A DNA stretch of 60,696 nt from positions 21,651 to 82,346 of the forward strand of contig CAZSRI010000001.1 of assembly GCA_964609145.1 (NCBI GenBank), in the 5' to 3' direction. Origin of the DNA: an uncultured Chloroflexota bacterium. Lineage in GTDB: Bacteria > Chloroflexota > Limnocylindria > P2-11E. A program made the position numbers and the translations under genes. Positions 40,876 through 49,812 of this stretch are shown piece after piece (the first letter of the stretch is position 1; the number at the start of each line of letters is the position of its first letter). The notes under the pieces are model-generated. The model was not told the origin of the DNA. It made no database searches and saw only the letters and a program-made list of their open reading frames with translations.

Positions 40876-41272
40876 CGCGTCGGCGGCCATCGACCTCCTG
40901 GTGGGGATCGGAGCGCACGAGCGGATCCGGGAGCGGGTGGGTCGGAGCGGCGAGACGCTCCACGCGCCGCACCTGATCGACGTCGAGGTCCTCTCGGGTC
41001 TGCGACGGCTCGAGCGGATCGGGCAGGTCACGCCCGAGCGCGTCGCCGAGGCCCTCGAGGACCTCGTCGACCTCGCGCTCGAGCGATATCCGCATCAGGG
41101 CCTCATCGAACGCCTCTGGGACCTCCGCCATAACGTCGCGCCGGCCGACGCCGCGTACATCGCTCTCGCGGAGGCCCTCGACGCGCCGATCGTCACCGCC
41201 GACGCTCGCCTCGCACGCGCACCCGGTCACGCAGCGGTCGTCGAGGTGTTCGAGCGCTTCCACGCGGGGTAG
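40862..41272 (+). CDS. PIN-domain toxin (VapC family)
   Basis: LIVLDASAAIDLL (first acidic residue), then APHLIDVEVLSGLRR...ADAAYIALAEALDAPIVTADARL. The frame opens at 40853 with no ATG/GTG/TTG before the LD motif. CTG 40862 is only a placeholder start. Confidence 0.7.
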   Translation: MIVLDASAAIDLLVGIGAHERIRERVGRSGETLHAPHLIDVEVLSGLRRLERIGQVTPERVAEALEDLVDLALERYPHQGLIERLWDLRHNVAPADAAYIALAEALDAPIVTADARLARAPGHAAVVEVFERFHAG

Positions 41273-41344
41273 GCTCGTGGCGGCGATGAGGCCCGCCCGC
41301 GGCGCGCCTGATCGTCCCGGAGCACAGCCGTGGGCGGGGGCCCC

Positions 41345-41375
41345 CATACCCACCCCCTCCCGGGGAGGGGGTATG
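41345..41375. promoter_or_regulatory. Candidate CsoR operator (G/C-tract pseudo-palindrome flanked by ATAC/GTAT)
   Basis: In CATACCCACCCCCTCCC-G-GGGAGGGGGTATG the core ACCCCCTCCC/GGGAGGGGGT is a perfect 10+10 palindrome. The last 3 nt are the csoR ATG. Confidence 0.5.
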
Positions 41376-41681
41376 CTGGAGCGGATGGCAGAGCGGCACG
41401 AAGATCACCCCGGCGCGGCGATGCGCGACGGCACCGCCCTCGACGCGCGGCTCGCCTCGATCGAAGGCCACATCCGCGGCATCCGCAAGATGATCGCGGA
41501 CGGCGTCTACTGCGTCGACGTCATCAAGCAGACGTACGCGATCGAGCGCGCGCTGCAGCGATTCGAGTCGGAGCTGCTGCGGGGCCACCTCGCGACGTGC
41601 GTGCCGTCGGGATACGCCGAGGGCCGCACGGAGGACATGAACCAGGAGCTCGCCGAGCTCTTCGAGCTCGCGCGGAGATAG
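41373..41681 (+). CDS. csoR: CsoR/RcnR-family metal-sensing repressor
   Basis: Contains RLASIEGHIRGIRKMI..GVYCVDVIKQTYAI..AL..F...LLRGHLATC. The Cys/His/Cys ligand positions fit a Cu(I) CsoR. It sits upstream of copZ-copA. Confidence 0.8.
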   Translation: MLERMAERHEDHPGAAMRDGTALDARLASIEGHIRGIRKMIADGVYCVDVIKQTYAIERALQRFESELLRGHLATCVPSGYAEGRTEDMNQELAELFELARR

Positions 41682-41689
41682 GAGGACAC

Positions 41690-41890
41690 ATGGCGACCGA
41701 GCTGACGTACAAGGTGCCCGCGATCCACTGCGCGGGGTGCGCCGGAACGATCGAGGAGGCGCTCGAGCCCGTCGAGGGCGTCGAGGGCGCCGACGTGGAC
41801 GTCGAGGCGAAGACCGTGCGCGTGCGCGGCACCGCCGAGGACCAGGTCATCCGCAAGGTCCTCGCCGCTTCCGGGTACCCCCCGGCCTGA
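41690..41890 (+). CDS. copZ: Heavy-metal-associated (HMA) copper chaperone
   Basis: 66 aa with the motif [20 protein letters not shown] lies at 41681-41685. Confidence 0.8.
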   Translation: MATELTYKVPAIHCAGCAGTIEEALEPVEGVEGADVDVEAKTVRVRGTAEDQVIRKVLAASGYPPA

Positions 41891-41894
41891 TGCC

Positions 41895-44189
41895 ATGACG
41901 ACGACGATGGAGCGGGCGCCGCAGGGCGTCCCCGCGAGCGAGGCCGGAACGAAGCGCGACCTGATCGTCACCGGGATGACCTGCGCGTCATGCGTCGCCT
42001 CGGTCGAATCCGCCATCAGGTCGGTGCGGGGGGTCGAGTCCGCCGACGTGAACCTCGCGACCGAGCGCGCGTCGGTCCGCTTCGACGCCGCGCAGGTCGA
42101 GGTCCCCGCGCTGGTGCGCGCGGTCGAGCGCGCCGGTTACGGCGCGCTGCCGGTCGCCGAGGACGAGCGCGAGCGCGCGCTCGAGGAGGAGCGCGAGAAG
42201 GCCGTTCGCGTGAAGCAGCTCGCCGTGCTGCGGCGGCGGCTCGTGATCTCGCTCATCCTCGGCGCGGCGACGATGGCGATCGCCACCGCCGAGTACGTGC
42301 TCCCCGCCCTCAAGGAGGCGGCCTGGAAGCCGTTCCTCATGTTCGCGCTCGCGACCCCGGTGCAGCTGTGGGGCGCGCAGCCCTTCTACCGCAACGCCTG
42401 GTCCGCGGCGCGCCACCGCATGACGAACATGAACACGCTCATCGCCGTCGGCACGACGGCCGCGTACGGCTTTTCGGTGGTCGCGACGTTCTTCCCGTGG
42501 GTCTTCACGAGCGCGGGCCTCGAGCCGCACATCTACTACGAGGTCTCGTCGGTCATCGTCGGCCTCATCCTCCTCGGCCGCTACCTCGAGGCGCGCGCCC
42601 GCGCGCGCACCGGCGACGCGATCCGCGCGCTCCTCGCGCTCGGCGCGAAGACGGCGCGCGTTCGCCGCAAGGGCGGCGTCGAGGAGGAGATCCCCATCGA
42701 GGACCTCCAGGTCGGGGACGTGGTGATCGTGCGTCCGGGCGAGACGATCGCGACGGACGGCGTCGTCCTCGCGGGGGGCTCGTCGGTGGACGAGTCGATG
42801 ATGACCGGTGAGTCGATCCCCGTGGAGAAGGGCCCGGGTGACGACGTCGCCGGCGGCACGATGAACATCACAGGCACATTCCGCTTCCGTGCGACGAAGA
42901 TCGGCAAGGACACCGTCCTCGCGCAGATCGTGCGCATGGTCGAGGAGGCGCAGGCGTCGAAGGCGCCCATCCAGCGGCTCGTCGACCAGGTGTCGTCGGT
43001 CTTCGTGCCGGTCGTGATCCTGCTCGCCACGGCCACGTTCTTCGTCTGGCTCATCTGGGGCCCGCGGCCGTCGCTCACCTACGCGATGACGGCGTTCATC
43101 GCCGTGCTCATCATCGCCTGCCCCTGCGCGCTCGGCCTGGCGACCCCGACGGCGATCATCACCGGGACCGGCCGCGGCGCGACGCGCGGGATCCTCATTC
43201 GCCACGCGCAGGCCCTCGAGCAGGCGCAGGCGGTCCGCATCGTCGCGTGGGACAAGACCGGCACGCTCACCGTCGGGCGGCCGCAGGTGACCGACTTCCT
43301 CGGCTGCGCCGACGTGGGCGACGACGAGGCGCTGCGCCTCATCGCGTCGGCGGAGCGCGTCTCCGAGCATCCGCTCGCGGCGGCCGTGGTCGAGGCGGCG
43401 CGCGAGCGCGGGCTCGCGCTGAGCGAGCCGTCGTCGTTCGAATACACGCCGGGGCAGGGCATCCACGCGACCGTCGACGGCCACGACGTGTGGGTCGGCA
43501 ACCTCGCCTTCACGAAGGGCCGCGGCTGGCAGGACGCGCCCCAGCAGACCCTCGACCGCTACGCGGACGAGGGGAAGACGCCGCTGCTCGCCGCGATCGA
43601 CGGCAAGCCCGGCGCCATCCTGGCGCTCGCGGACGTGCCGAAGGCGGCCGCGGCGGAGGCCATCGCGCAGCTCAAGCGCATGGGCCTGCGCAGCCTGCTC
43701 ATCTCCGGCGACACGACGCGCACGGCTCAGGCGATCGCGAGCAGGCTCGGGATCGACGAGGTCCGCGGCGAGGTGCCGCCCGGAGGCAAGGCGGATCTCG
43801 TCCGCGAGCTGCAGGCCGCCGGCCGGAAGGTCGGAATGGTCGGCGACGGCGTGAACGACGCGCCCGCGCTCGCGCAGGCGGACCTCGGCGTGGCCATGGG
43901 CGGCGGCACGGACGTCGCGATCGCGACCGGCGGCATCGTGCTCGTCGGCGGCGATCCGCGCGGGGTACCGCGCGCGCTGCGCCTCTCGCGGCGTACGCTC
44001 ACCACGATCAAGCAGAACCTGTTCTGGGCGTTCTTCTACAACGTCGCACTCATCCCGCTCGCGGCGGGCGTGGCGTACCCGTTCACCGGATGGCTGCTGT
44101 CGCCGATCCTCGCGGCCAGCGCCATGGCCGTCTCGTCGGTGACGGTCGTCACGAACTCGCTGCGGCTCCGCGCCGCGAAGATCGACTGA
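41895..44189 (+). CDS. copA: Cu(I)-translocating P1B-type ATPase
   Basis: Carries one N-terminal HMA (GMTCASCV), [29 protein letters not shown], plus YN ([10 protein letters not shown]) and M..SS (AMAVSSV) TM signatures of the P1B-1 class. Confidence 0.9.
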   Translation: MTTTMERAPQGVPASEAGTKRDLIVTGMTCASCVASVESAIRSVRGVESADVNLATERASVRFDAAQVEVPALVRAVERAGYGALPVAEDERERALEEEREKAVRVKQLAVLRRRLVISLILGAATMAIATAEYVLPALKEAAWKPFLMFALATPVQLWGAQPFYRNAWSAARHRMTNMNTLIAVGTTAAYGFSVVATFFPWVFTSAGLEPHIYYEVSSVIVGLILLGRYLEARARARTGDAIRALLALGAKTARVRRKGGVEEEIPIEDLQVGDVVIVRPGETIATDGVVLAGGSSVDESMMTGESIPVEKGPGDDVAGGTMNITGTFRFRATKIGKDTVLAQIVRMVEEAQASKAPIQRLVDQVSSVFVPVVILLATATFFVWLIWGPRPSLTYAMTAFIAVLIIACPCALGLATPTAIITGTGRGATRGILIRHAQALEQAQAVRIVAWDKTGTLTVGRPQVTDFLGCADVGDDEALRLIASAERVSEHPLAAAVVEAARERGLALSEPSSFEYTPGQGIHATVDGHDVWVGNLAFTKGRGWQDAPQQTLDRYADEGKTPLLAAIDGKPGAILALADVPKAAAAEAIAQLKRMGLRSLLISGDTTRTAQAIASRLGIDEVRGEVPPGGKADLVRELQAAGRKVGMVGDGVNDAPALAQADLGVAMGGGTDVAIATGGIVLVGGDPRGVPRALRLSRRTLTTIKQNLFWAFFYNVALIPLAAGVAYPFTGWLLSPILAASAMAVSSVTVVTNSLRLRAAKID

Positions 44190-44413
44190 TGGAGGGACCC
44201 ATGAGCGGATCGCACCACGCCACGAGCCCATCGATCGAGATCGACGCAGGCGTCCGCGCCTGGTACGCGTCCTGTCGGTGCTGCCTGAGCGACGCTCACC
44301 CTGACGTCGTCACCGTGCTCGACGCCGAGCGGGACGCGGCGAACGCGCCGCGCGCCGACGCGGGCATCTGCGAGACCGCCGAAGCCGAGGAGCCCAAGAA
44401 GGAGGCCACGACG

Positions 44414-44635
44414 ATGGCGAAGACCCTCGACCCCGTCTGCGACATGATCGTCGACCTCGACGAGCAGCGCGGCAAGGGGCTCACGACCGACCACGCCGGC
44501 AAGACGTACGCGTTCTGCGGCCCGGGGTGCAAGCGCGTCTTCGACAAGGAGCCGGCGAAGTACGCGGCGAAGGTCGCCGAGTGGGAGCGCTCCGGCGGCG
44601 CGACGGCCGGGGGTCAGGGCGAGCACGGCCACTGA
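44414..44635 (+). CDS. YHS/TRASH-domain metal-binding protein
   Basis: MAKTLDPVCDMIVD...GKTYAFCGPGCKRVFDKEPAKY. A GGAGG lies 8 nt upstream of ATG 44414. The frame is also open from ATG 44189, overlapping the copA stop. Confidence 0.7.
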   Translation: MAKTLDPVCDMIVDLDEQRGKGLTTDHAGKTYAFCGPGCKRVFDKEPAKYAAKVAEWERSGGATAGGQGEHGH

Positions 44636-44641
44636 CCCCGG
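44607..44641. terminator. Hairpin between convergent genes (YHS gene and cupredoxin gene)
   Basis: CCGGGGGTCAG-N14-CTGACCCCGG (10-bp stem with one bulge) spans the YHS stop codon. There is no U-tract. Confidence 0.4.
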
Positions 44642-44665
44642 TCCCGCCTGCGCCGCGCGCGAGGC

Positions 44666-45136
44666 CTATTCGACCGTGAGCGGGAGCTTCATCCCGGCCT
44701 CGTAGTGGCCGGGCAGGCGGCAGGCGAACTCGAGCGCGCCCGCGGGGTAGGCCTTGTCGAAGCTGACGTCGAGCGTCCGCGTGGCACCCGCTCCGAGGTC
44801 GCTCTCTCCGATCCTGGCGAGCGCCATCTTGTCCATGGCCGCCATGTCCATCTTCCCCGCGGACATGGGCTGCATGATCATCAGCTCGTGCGCGACCTTG
44901 TCGCCGTTCGTGACCACGAGGCGATAGGCGACGCCCTGCTTGAAGCGCGTCACCGGGGAGTCGACCGCGAAGTTCTTGAGGGTCACGTTGACCGTCGTGG
45001 CGGACGTCCCGGTCTTCGGCGCCGCCGCGGCGCCGCTGTTCGCGCAGCCGGCGACCAGGGCGACGGCCAGCGCGGTCAGGACGGGCCTGAGCGCGCGCCG
45101 CGTCCGGTGGGTCCGGCCGGCGATCGTTCCAGGCAT
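44666..45136 (-). CDS. Cupredoxin-fold copper-binding lipoprotein
   Basis: The lipobox is LAVALVAGC. The C-terminus FACRLPGHYEAGMKLPLTV has the Cys-x-x-x-His-x-x-x-Met type-1-like ligand spacing, with an upstream His in AHELMI. Confidence 0.7.
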   Translation of the reverse strand: MPGTIAGRTHRTRRALRPVLTALAVALVAGCANSGAAAAPKTGTSATTVNVTLKNFAVDSPVTRFKQGVAYRLVVTNGDKVAHELMIMQPMSAGKMDMAAMDKMALARIGESDLGAGATRTLDVSFDKAYPAGALEFACRLPGHYEAGMKLPLTVE

Positions 45137-45241
45137 CTCGCGCTCCTTTCGGCTCTTTGAGCCCAGTCTTGGAGCGCGGGACGGGGATCCCTATCGCCTG
45201 AACTGGTGACCCGTACGGCCCGAACAGGTGAGCCGTGGCGC

Positions 45242-45272
45242 GACCTTCGGCCCGCTCCGTGAGCCGAAGGTC
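45242..45272 (-). terminator. Hairpin immediately after the response-regulator stop
   Basis: GACCTTCGGC-N11-GCCGAAGGTC is a perfect 10-bp stem overlapping the TGA at 45271-45273 on the minus strand. There is no U-tract. Confidence 0.45.
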
Positions 45273-45921
45273 ACTCCCGGACGATGCCCCGGCGCACCGC
45301 GAAGCGGACGAGCTCCGCGCGGTCGTGCAGGTTGAGCTTCCGCATGACGTGCTGGCGGTGGGTGTTGACGGTGTTGACGCTGAGCGTCAGACGCTCCGCG
45401 ATGGCCTGGCTCGTCAGTCCTTCCGCGACGAGCCGCAGGATCTGCTGCTCGCGAGCCGTGAGGGCGTCCATGCCGCTCTTCTCCGCGCCTTGCTCGACCC
45501 GCTGGACGTAGTCGGTGATGAGCTGCCTGGCGACGGGCGGGTGGATGTACACGTCGCCGGCGTGGACCGCGCGGATCGCCGACCGGAGCTCCTCGCCCGA
45601 GGCGTCCTTGAGCACGTAGCCGGAGGCCCCTGACCTCAGCACCTGGAAGAAGTAGTCGTAGCTCTCGTGCATCGTGAGCACGAGGACGCGCACATCCGGA
45701 TGCCGCTGGCGGATGAGCTCGGTCGCCTCGAGGCCGCCGAGGTGCGGCATCGAGATGTCCATGACGACGACGTCGGGGTGCGCCGTGGCGGCGAGGTCGA
45801 CGGCGCTGCGGCCGTCGGAGACCTCGCCGACGATCTCGATCGCCGGGTCCCGCTCGAGGATGTGCCGCACGCCCTCGCGGAAGAGCTTGTGGTCGTCGAC
45901 GAGCATGACGCGGATCGCCAC
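45271..45921 (-). CDS. NarL/FixJ-family response regulator (receiver plus LuxR HTH)
   Basis: IRVMLVDDHKLFREG...DVVVMDISMP...VLVLTMHE...GYVLKD, plus LTAREQQILRLVAEGLTSQAIAERLTLSVNTVNTHR. The GTG start abuts the HK stop. Confidence 0.9.
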   Translation of the reverse strand: MAIRVMLVDDHKLFREGVRHILERDPAIEIVGEVSDGRSAVDLAATAHPDVVVMDISMPHLGGLEATELIRQRHPDVRVLVLTMHESYDYFFQVLRSGASGYVLKDASGEELRSAIRAVHAGDVYIHPPVARQLITDYVQRVEQGAEKSGMDALTAREQQILRLVAEGLTSQAIAERLTLSVNTVNTHRQHVMRKLNLHDRAELVRFAVRRGIVRE

Positions 45922-47706
45922 TCAGCCGGCCTCCTGCGCGATCGGCACGCGCACCGCGACGCGCGTCCCCTGACCCGGCGAAGCGTCGATCTCGGCCCTG
46001 CCGCCGAGCAGCGCGGCGCGCTCCTGGATCCCGAGCAGGCCGAGGCCGCGTCCGCCCTCGCCGCGCCGCACGCGCTCTTCCACGACGAAGCCGACCCCGT
46101 CGTCGGCCACGGTCGCCTGGACCTCCGCGTCCGTGCGCCGCAGCGAGATGGATACACGCGAGGCATGCGCGTGGCGCGCGACATTGGAGATCGCCTCCTG
46201 GATGATGCGGTAGAGCCCGATCTCGACGGGGCCGGGCAGGTGGCGCTCCATCCCGCTGCTGGAGAGCGCCACGCGCACGCCCGTCCTGCCGAGGCGCTCC
46301 TCGGCGAGGACCCGCACCGCGGAGACGAGGCCCAGCTCGTCGAGGCTGGGCGGGCGCAGGTCGGCGATGAGGCGCCGGATCCCGCCGATGCTGTCCCTGG
46401 CGAGCGCGCGCGCGCGGTCGACGCGTTCGGCGAGCTCGGGCGACGTCGGCCCGAGCAGGTCGACCGCCGACTCGAGGTCCATCGCGGCGGCCGCGAGCGA
46501 CTGCGCCGTCTCGTCGTGGAGCTCGCGGGCGACGCGTGCGCGCTCCTCCTCCTGCGCTCCCATCACCGCCTCGAGCAGCCGCGAGCGCGCCTCCTCCTTC
46601 TCCTGCAACGCGCGGTAGAGGCGGCGGACCTCCTCCGTCCGCTCGCGCACGCGCTCCTCGAGGCGGCGGTCGCGCTCCCGGGTCTCGGCGATGGAGCGCC
46701 GCAGCCGCGTGCGCATCTCCTCGAACGCGGTGGCGAGCTCGCGCACCTCTCCCTGCCCCGAGACGGCGACCGCCGCGGTCAGGTCCCCCGCGGCCATCTG
46801 CGTCGCGCGACGGGTGAGCCCGCGCAGGGGACGGACCACGGCTCGCACGTCGAGCCACGCGAGCACGGCGGCGGCGGCCAGCGCGAGGGGCACGAAGACG
46901 AGGAGCCGGCCGCGCAGCCGATCCTCGACCGCGAGCGCGACCTCGCTCGGCTGCTCGACGGCGACGCCCCAGCCAGGGACCTGGTCGAGGGGCACGTACG
47001 CGACCAGGTGCCCGTTCGCCGTCGCATGGAGCGCGACGGTGGGGCGGCCCTCGCGGATCGCCGGCAGCAACACCTGCGAGTGATCGGTCACCTCCCCGGC
47101 GGGCGCGGTCGCGGCGAGGATCGCGCCGGACGGTCCGACGATCTCGGCGTTGGCCGCCGCCCCCAGGATGCCGGTCAGGAGGGCGGTGAGCTCCCCGTCC
47201 GCGGGATCGATGACGAGCACGAGCTCGGCCGCGCTGCCGGCGCCCCGCACCGGCGCTCGGACGCACACGGCCTCACGGGTCCCCGCCCGGCAGGCGCCCG
47301 AGCGGACCCCGCCGCTCCCGGTGGCGCGCTCCGGGCCGTCCGCACGAGGCACGGCGAGCCCGCTCGAGGACCAGGCCACGTCGGTCCCCGCGAGCAGCAG
47401 GAGCGGGCCGCCGCCCAGGACGTCCGACGACAAGCGCAGCACCTCGTCGCGGCGCTCCGTGCCCGCGTCCCACGCCGCGGCCGCGCGCGCGGCGACCTCC
47501 GCGAGCTCGGCGCCGCGCCGGCGGACGACGACGTCGACCGCCGCGCCGACCCCGCGGGCTGAGGCGAGACGGTCCTGCTCGGCCGCGGCGCGGGAGTCGC
47601 TCATCGCGGCGAGCGCGAAGAAGCCGAACACGCCCAGGATGACGGCCACGCCGACGGCGACGCTCAGCGTGACCCGGTACTGCATGCTCAGCCTCGACCA
47701 CCGCAT
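45922..47706 (-). CDS. Sensor histidine kinase (HisKA_3 / NarX-DesK type) with TM-sensor-TM-HAMP
   Basis: Contains the H-box ELHDETAQSL and the HATPase motifs EAISNVARHA and DDGVGF...GLGLLGIQERA. A GGAGG RBS lies before ATG 47706. Confidence 0.85.
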   Translation of the reverse strand: MRWSRLSMQYRVTLSVAVGVAVILGVFGFFALAAMSDSRAAAEQDRLASARGVGAAVDVVVRRRGAELAEVAARAAAAWDAGTERRDEVLRLSSDVLGGGPLLLLAGTDVAWSSSGLAVPRADGPERATGSGGVRSGACRAGTREAVCVRAPVRGAGSAAELVLVIDPADGELTALLTGILGAAANAEIVGPSGAILAATAPAGEVTDHSQVLLPAIREGRPTVALHATANGHLVAYVPLDQVPGWGVAVEQPSEVALAVEDRLRGRLLVFVPLALAAAAVLAWLDVRAVVRPLRGLTRRATQMAAGDLTAAVAVSGQGEVRELATAFEEMRTRLRRSIAETRERDRRLEERVRERTEEVRRLYRALQEKEEARSRLLEAVMGAQEEERARVARELHDETAQSLAAAAMDLESAVDLLGPTSPELAERVDRARALARDSIGGIRRLIADLRPPSLDELGLVSAVRVLAEERLGRTGVRVALSSSGMERHLPGPVEIGLYRIIQEAISNVARHAHASRVSISLRRTDAEVQATVADDGVGFVVEERVRRGEGGRGLGLLGIQERAALLGGRAEIDASPGQGTRVAVRVPIAQEAG

Positions 47707-47759
47707 CCCCGCCTCCTCGAAGCTGGCTCGGCGGTCAGGATACGAAGACGGTCAGTGGG

Positions 47760-48026
47760 TCAGTCGACCGCGATCCGCTCGCGCCGCTCGGTCGTCTCCT
47801 GGCGCTCGGTCTTCGCGATCATGCGGTCGAGCACCGAGCGCACCGCGAGGAGCTGCTCGCGCCGCGCGGAGCGCAGGTGCGCGCGCGCTTCCGGGGGCAT
47901 GAGCTCGCGCAGGAGCGTGCGCAGGGGCCCCATGCCCTCCTCCGCCTCGCGCTTCTCGAGCTGACGCAGCCGCGCCTCGAGCTGCTCGACCCTCGCCTGC
48001 AGGTCGCCGGTCGTGTCGACCATCAC
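47760..48026 (-). CDS. Small coiled-coil protein, unknown function
   Basis: 87-88 aa, Arg/Glu/Leu-rich (LQARVEQLEARLRQLEKREAEE). The start overlaps the ArsA-like stop (TGATG), so translational coupling is likely. Confidence 0.5.
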   Translation of the reverse strand: MMVDTTGDLQARVEQLEARLRQLEKREAEEGMGPLRTLLRELMPPEARAHLRSARREQLLAVRSVLDRMIAKTERQETTERRERIAVD

Positions 48027-49246
48027 TCGCCTCCCGTGCTCGGCGGCGCCGCCGCGAAGCGGATCCGCAGCGTGTCGCCCTCGAGCTTCGCTCCCTTCGT
48101 CGCGGCGTCCGCGAGGAGCCGCGGCAGGATCAGGTTACGCCGAAAGCCGCCCACTTCCAGTACCAGCTCGTCGGCGTAGCGCGCGATCTTCACCTCCTCC
48201 TTCGTCGCGAACGGCAGCCGCAGCGCGAGCGTGTGCTCGCCGTCGGCCGTGTCGATCGTGTACGGGCGCTCCCGCGAGAAGAAGGCCACAGGGTCGTCGT
48301 CGCCGAACAGCGCGCGCCCCAGCCGCCGGAGCATGTCGAGCCCGACGACCTCCTGCTCGAACATCGGCACGTCGCGGATCGGCACCGGCGCGAACATCTC
48401 GTCGATCGTCGCGCGGTAGCGGCGCTGCGCGTCGCGCCAGCTCTCGAAGTACGGCCCGACGTCGTCGGGGAGCACGCGGTTGCACACGATGAGGTCGGTG
48501 AGGTAGCCGTACAGGTGGAAGTAGGTGAACGCGCGCTGCGATTCCTTGATGACCATCTTCTCGAGGTTCGTGACGACCCGGATCGACGAGGTCATCGGGT
48601 CCGCGAGGAGCGCGCGCATGTGCTCGAGGCGGTGGAACAGCTCTTCGCCCGCGGCGAACACCTCGTCCGTCGGCGAGGGCATGCCGATCGTGCGGCGGAG
48701 CACCGGTCCGGCGATCCGCGCGATGCTCCGCTGGATCGGCATGATCTTCTCGAGCCACCACTTGCCGGCCTCGGGGAGCGAGAGGAGCCGGAGCGTCTCC
48801 CCGGTCGGCGCGGCGTCGACGATGATCACGTCGTACGCGCCCGAGTCGTGGTGCTCGGCGATCCACAGCAGGCTCGAGAGCTCGTCCATGCCGGGGACGA
48901 CGGTCATCTCCTCGGCCATCACCTCGTCGAGACCGCGCCAGCGGAAGACGCTCACGACGTACGCCTGGATCGTGCCCCAGTACTTGCGGATGTTGTGGTA
49001 GACGTCGGACTGCTGGCCCCAGAGGTCCCGCGCGATCCGCACCGGTTCGGGGCCGAGCGCGAGGTCGAACGAATCGGCGAGGCTGTGCGCGATATCCGTC
49101 GAGACGACGATCGTCCGTGCCCCGCGCTCCGCGCACAGGAGCGCGGTCGCGGCGGCGACGCTCGTCTTCCCGACGCCGCCCTTGCCCGAATACACGACGA
49201 TCCGCGCGCTCACCGGCGTTCGTCCCACGGTAACGCGCCGCCGCAT
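48023..49246 (-). CDS. ArsA/GET3-family ATPase with a C-terminal HSP20-like domain
   Basis: The deviant Walker A is GKGGVGKTSVAAA, followed by STDIAHSL and DVIIVDAAPTGETLRLLSLPE. The C-terminal ~90 aa (YTIDTADGEHTLALRLPF...LVLEVGGFRRNLILP) resemble an alpha-crystallin/ArsA_HSP20 fold. The start is ATG 49246 or GTG 49213. Confidence 0.8.
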   Translation of the reverse strand: MRRRVTVGRTPVSARIVVYSGKGGVGKTSVAAATALLCAERGARTIVVSTDIAHSLADSFDLALGPEPVRIARDLWGQQSDVYHNIRKYWGTIQAYVVSVFRWRGLDEVMAEEMTVVPGMDELSSLLWIAEHHDSGAYDVIIVDAAPTGETLRLLSLPEAGKWWLEKIMPIQRSIARIAGPVLRRTIGMPSPTDEVFAAGEELFHRLEHMRALLADPMTSSIRVVTNLEKMVIKESQRAFTYFHLYGYLTDLIVCNRVLPDDVGPYFESWRDAQRRYRATIDEMFAPVPIRDVPMFEQEVVGLDMLRRLGRALFGDDDPVAFFSRERPYTIDTADGEHTLALRLPFATKEEVKIARYADELVLEVGGFRRNLILPRLLADAATKGAKLEGDTLRIRFAAAPPSTGGE

Positions 49247-49341
49247 CTCGCCCACGGGACGCGGTCCGCCACGACACCAGCCCGCTCTCAGCGCGGTCTC
49301 AGCCGCGCTCAAGGGGATCGCCAGCGACCCGTGCGACGCTG

Positions 49342-49812
49342 ATGTCCGTGCCACGGCAGCGTCCGCGCCGCAGCTCCACGCGCCTGGGCGTCCGCGCCGC
49401 CATCTTCGCGGTGCTCGCGTTCGCCCTCGTCGGCGCGGCCGCGTACGCGCTCTGGCCGAAGGAGCGCGCGCTCGTCGAGCTCGGGCCGGCGGCGGTGCAG
49501 GGCACGAAGCAGCAGCCGGACGCGAGAACGACCATCAACATGTCGGGCTTCCGCCCCGCCGACCTCTCCGTGCCCGCCGAGCGCCCCGCGCGGGTCCTGA
49601 TCGTGAACCCGGACAACGGCATGCACAGCGACGGGGCCGGCATCCACCAGTTCGCCATCCCGAAGCTCGGCATCGACGTCAAGGTCCCGCCCGAGACGGA
49701 CCTGCTCGTGACGATCCCAGCGGCGCCGGCCGGCGAGTACTCCTTCTACTGCGACACGTGCTGCGGCGGGAAGGAGAACCCGACGATGCGCGGCGTGCTC
49801 AAGGTGGGATGA
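49342..49812 (+). CDS. Membrane-anchored cupredoxin-like protein
   Basis: The N-terminal TM is AAIFAVLAFALVGAAAYAL. The C-terminus is EYSFYCDTCCGGKENPTMRGVLKV. The stop overlaps the next ATG (ATGA at 49809-49812). Confidence 0.6.
   Translation: MSVPRQRPRRSSTRLGVRAAIFAVLAFALVGAAAYALWPKERALVELGPAAVQGTKQQPDARTTINMSGFRPADLSVPAERPARVLIVNPDNGMHSDGAGIHQFAIPKLGIDVKVPPETDLLVTIPAAPAGEYSFYCDTCCGGKENPTMRGVLKVG

Noticed and set aside
43247-44635. 462-aa ORF overlapping copA
   Set aside because: The first ~310 codons are an Arg/Gly-rich alternate frame of copA. Only the 3' YHS-domain part (from 44189 or 44414) looks real.
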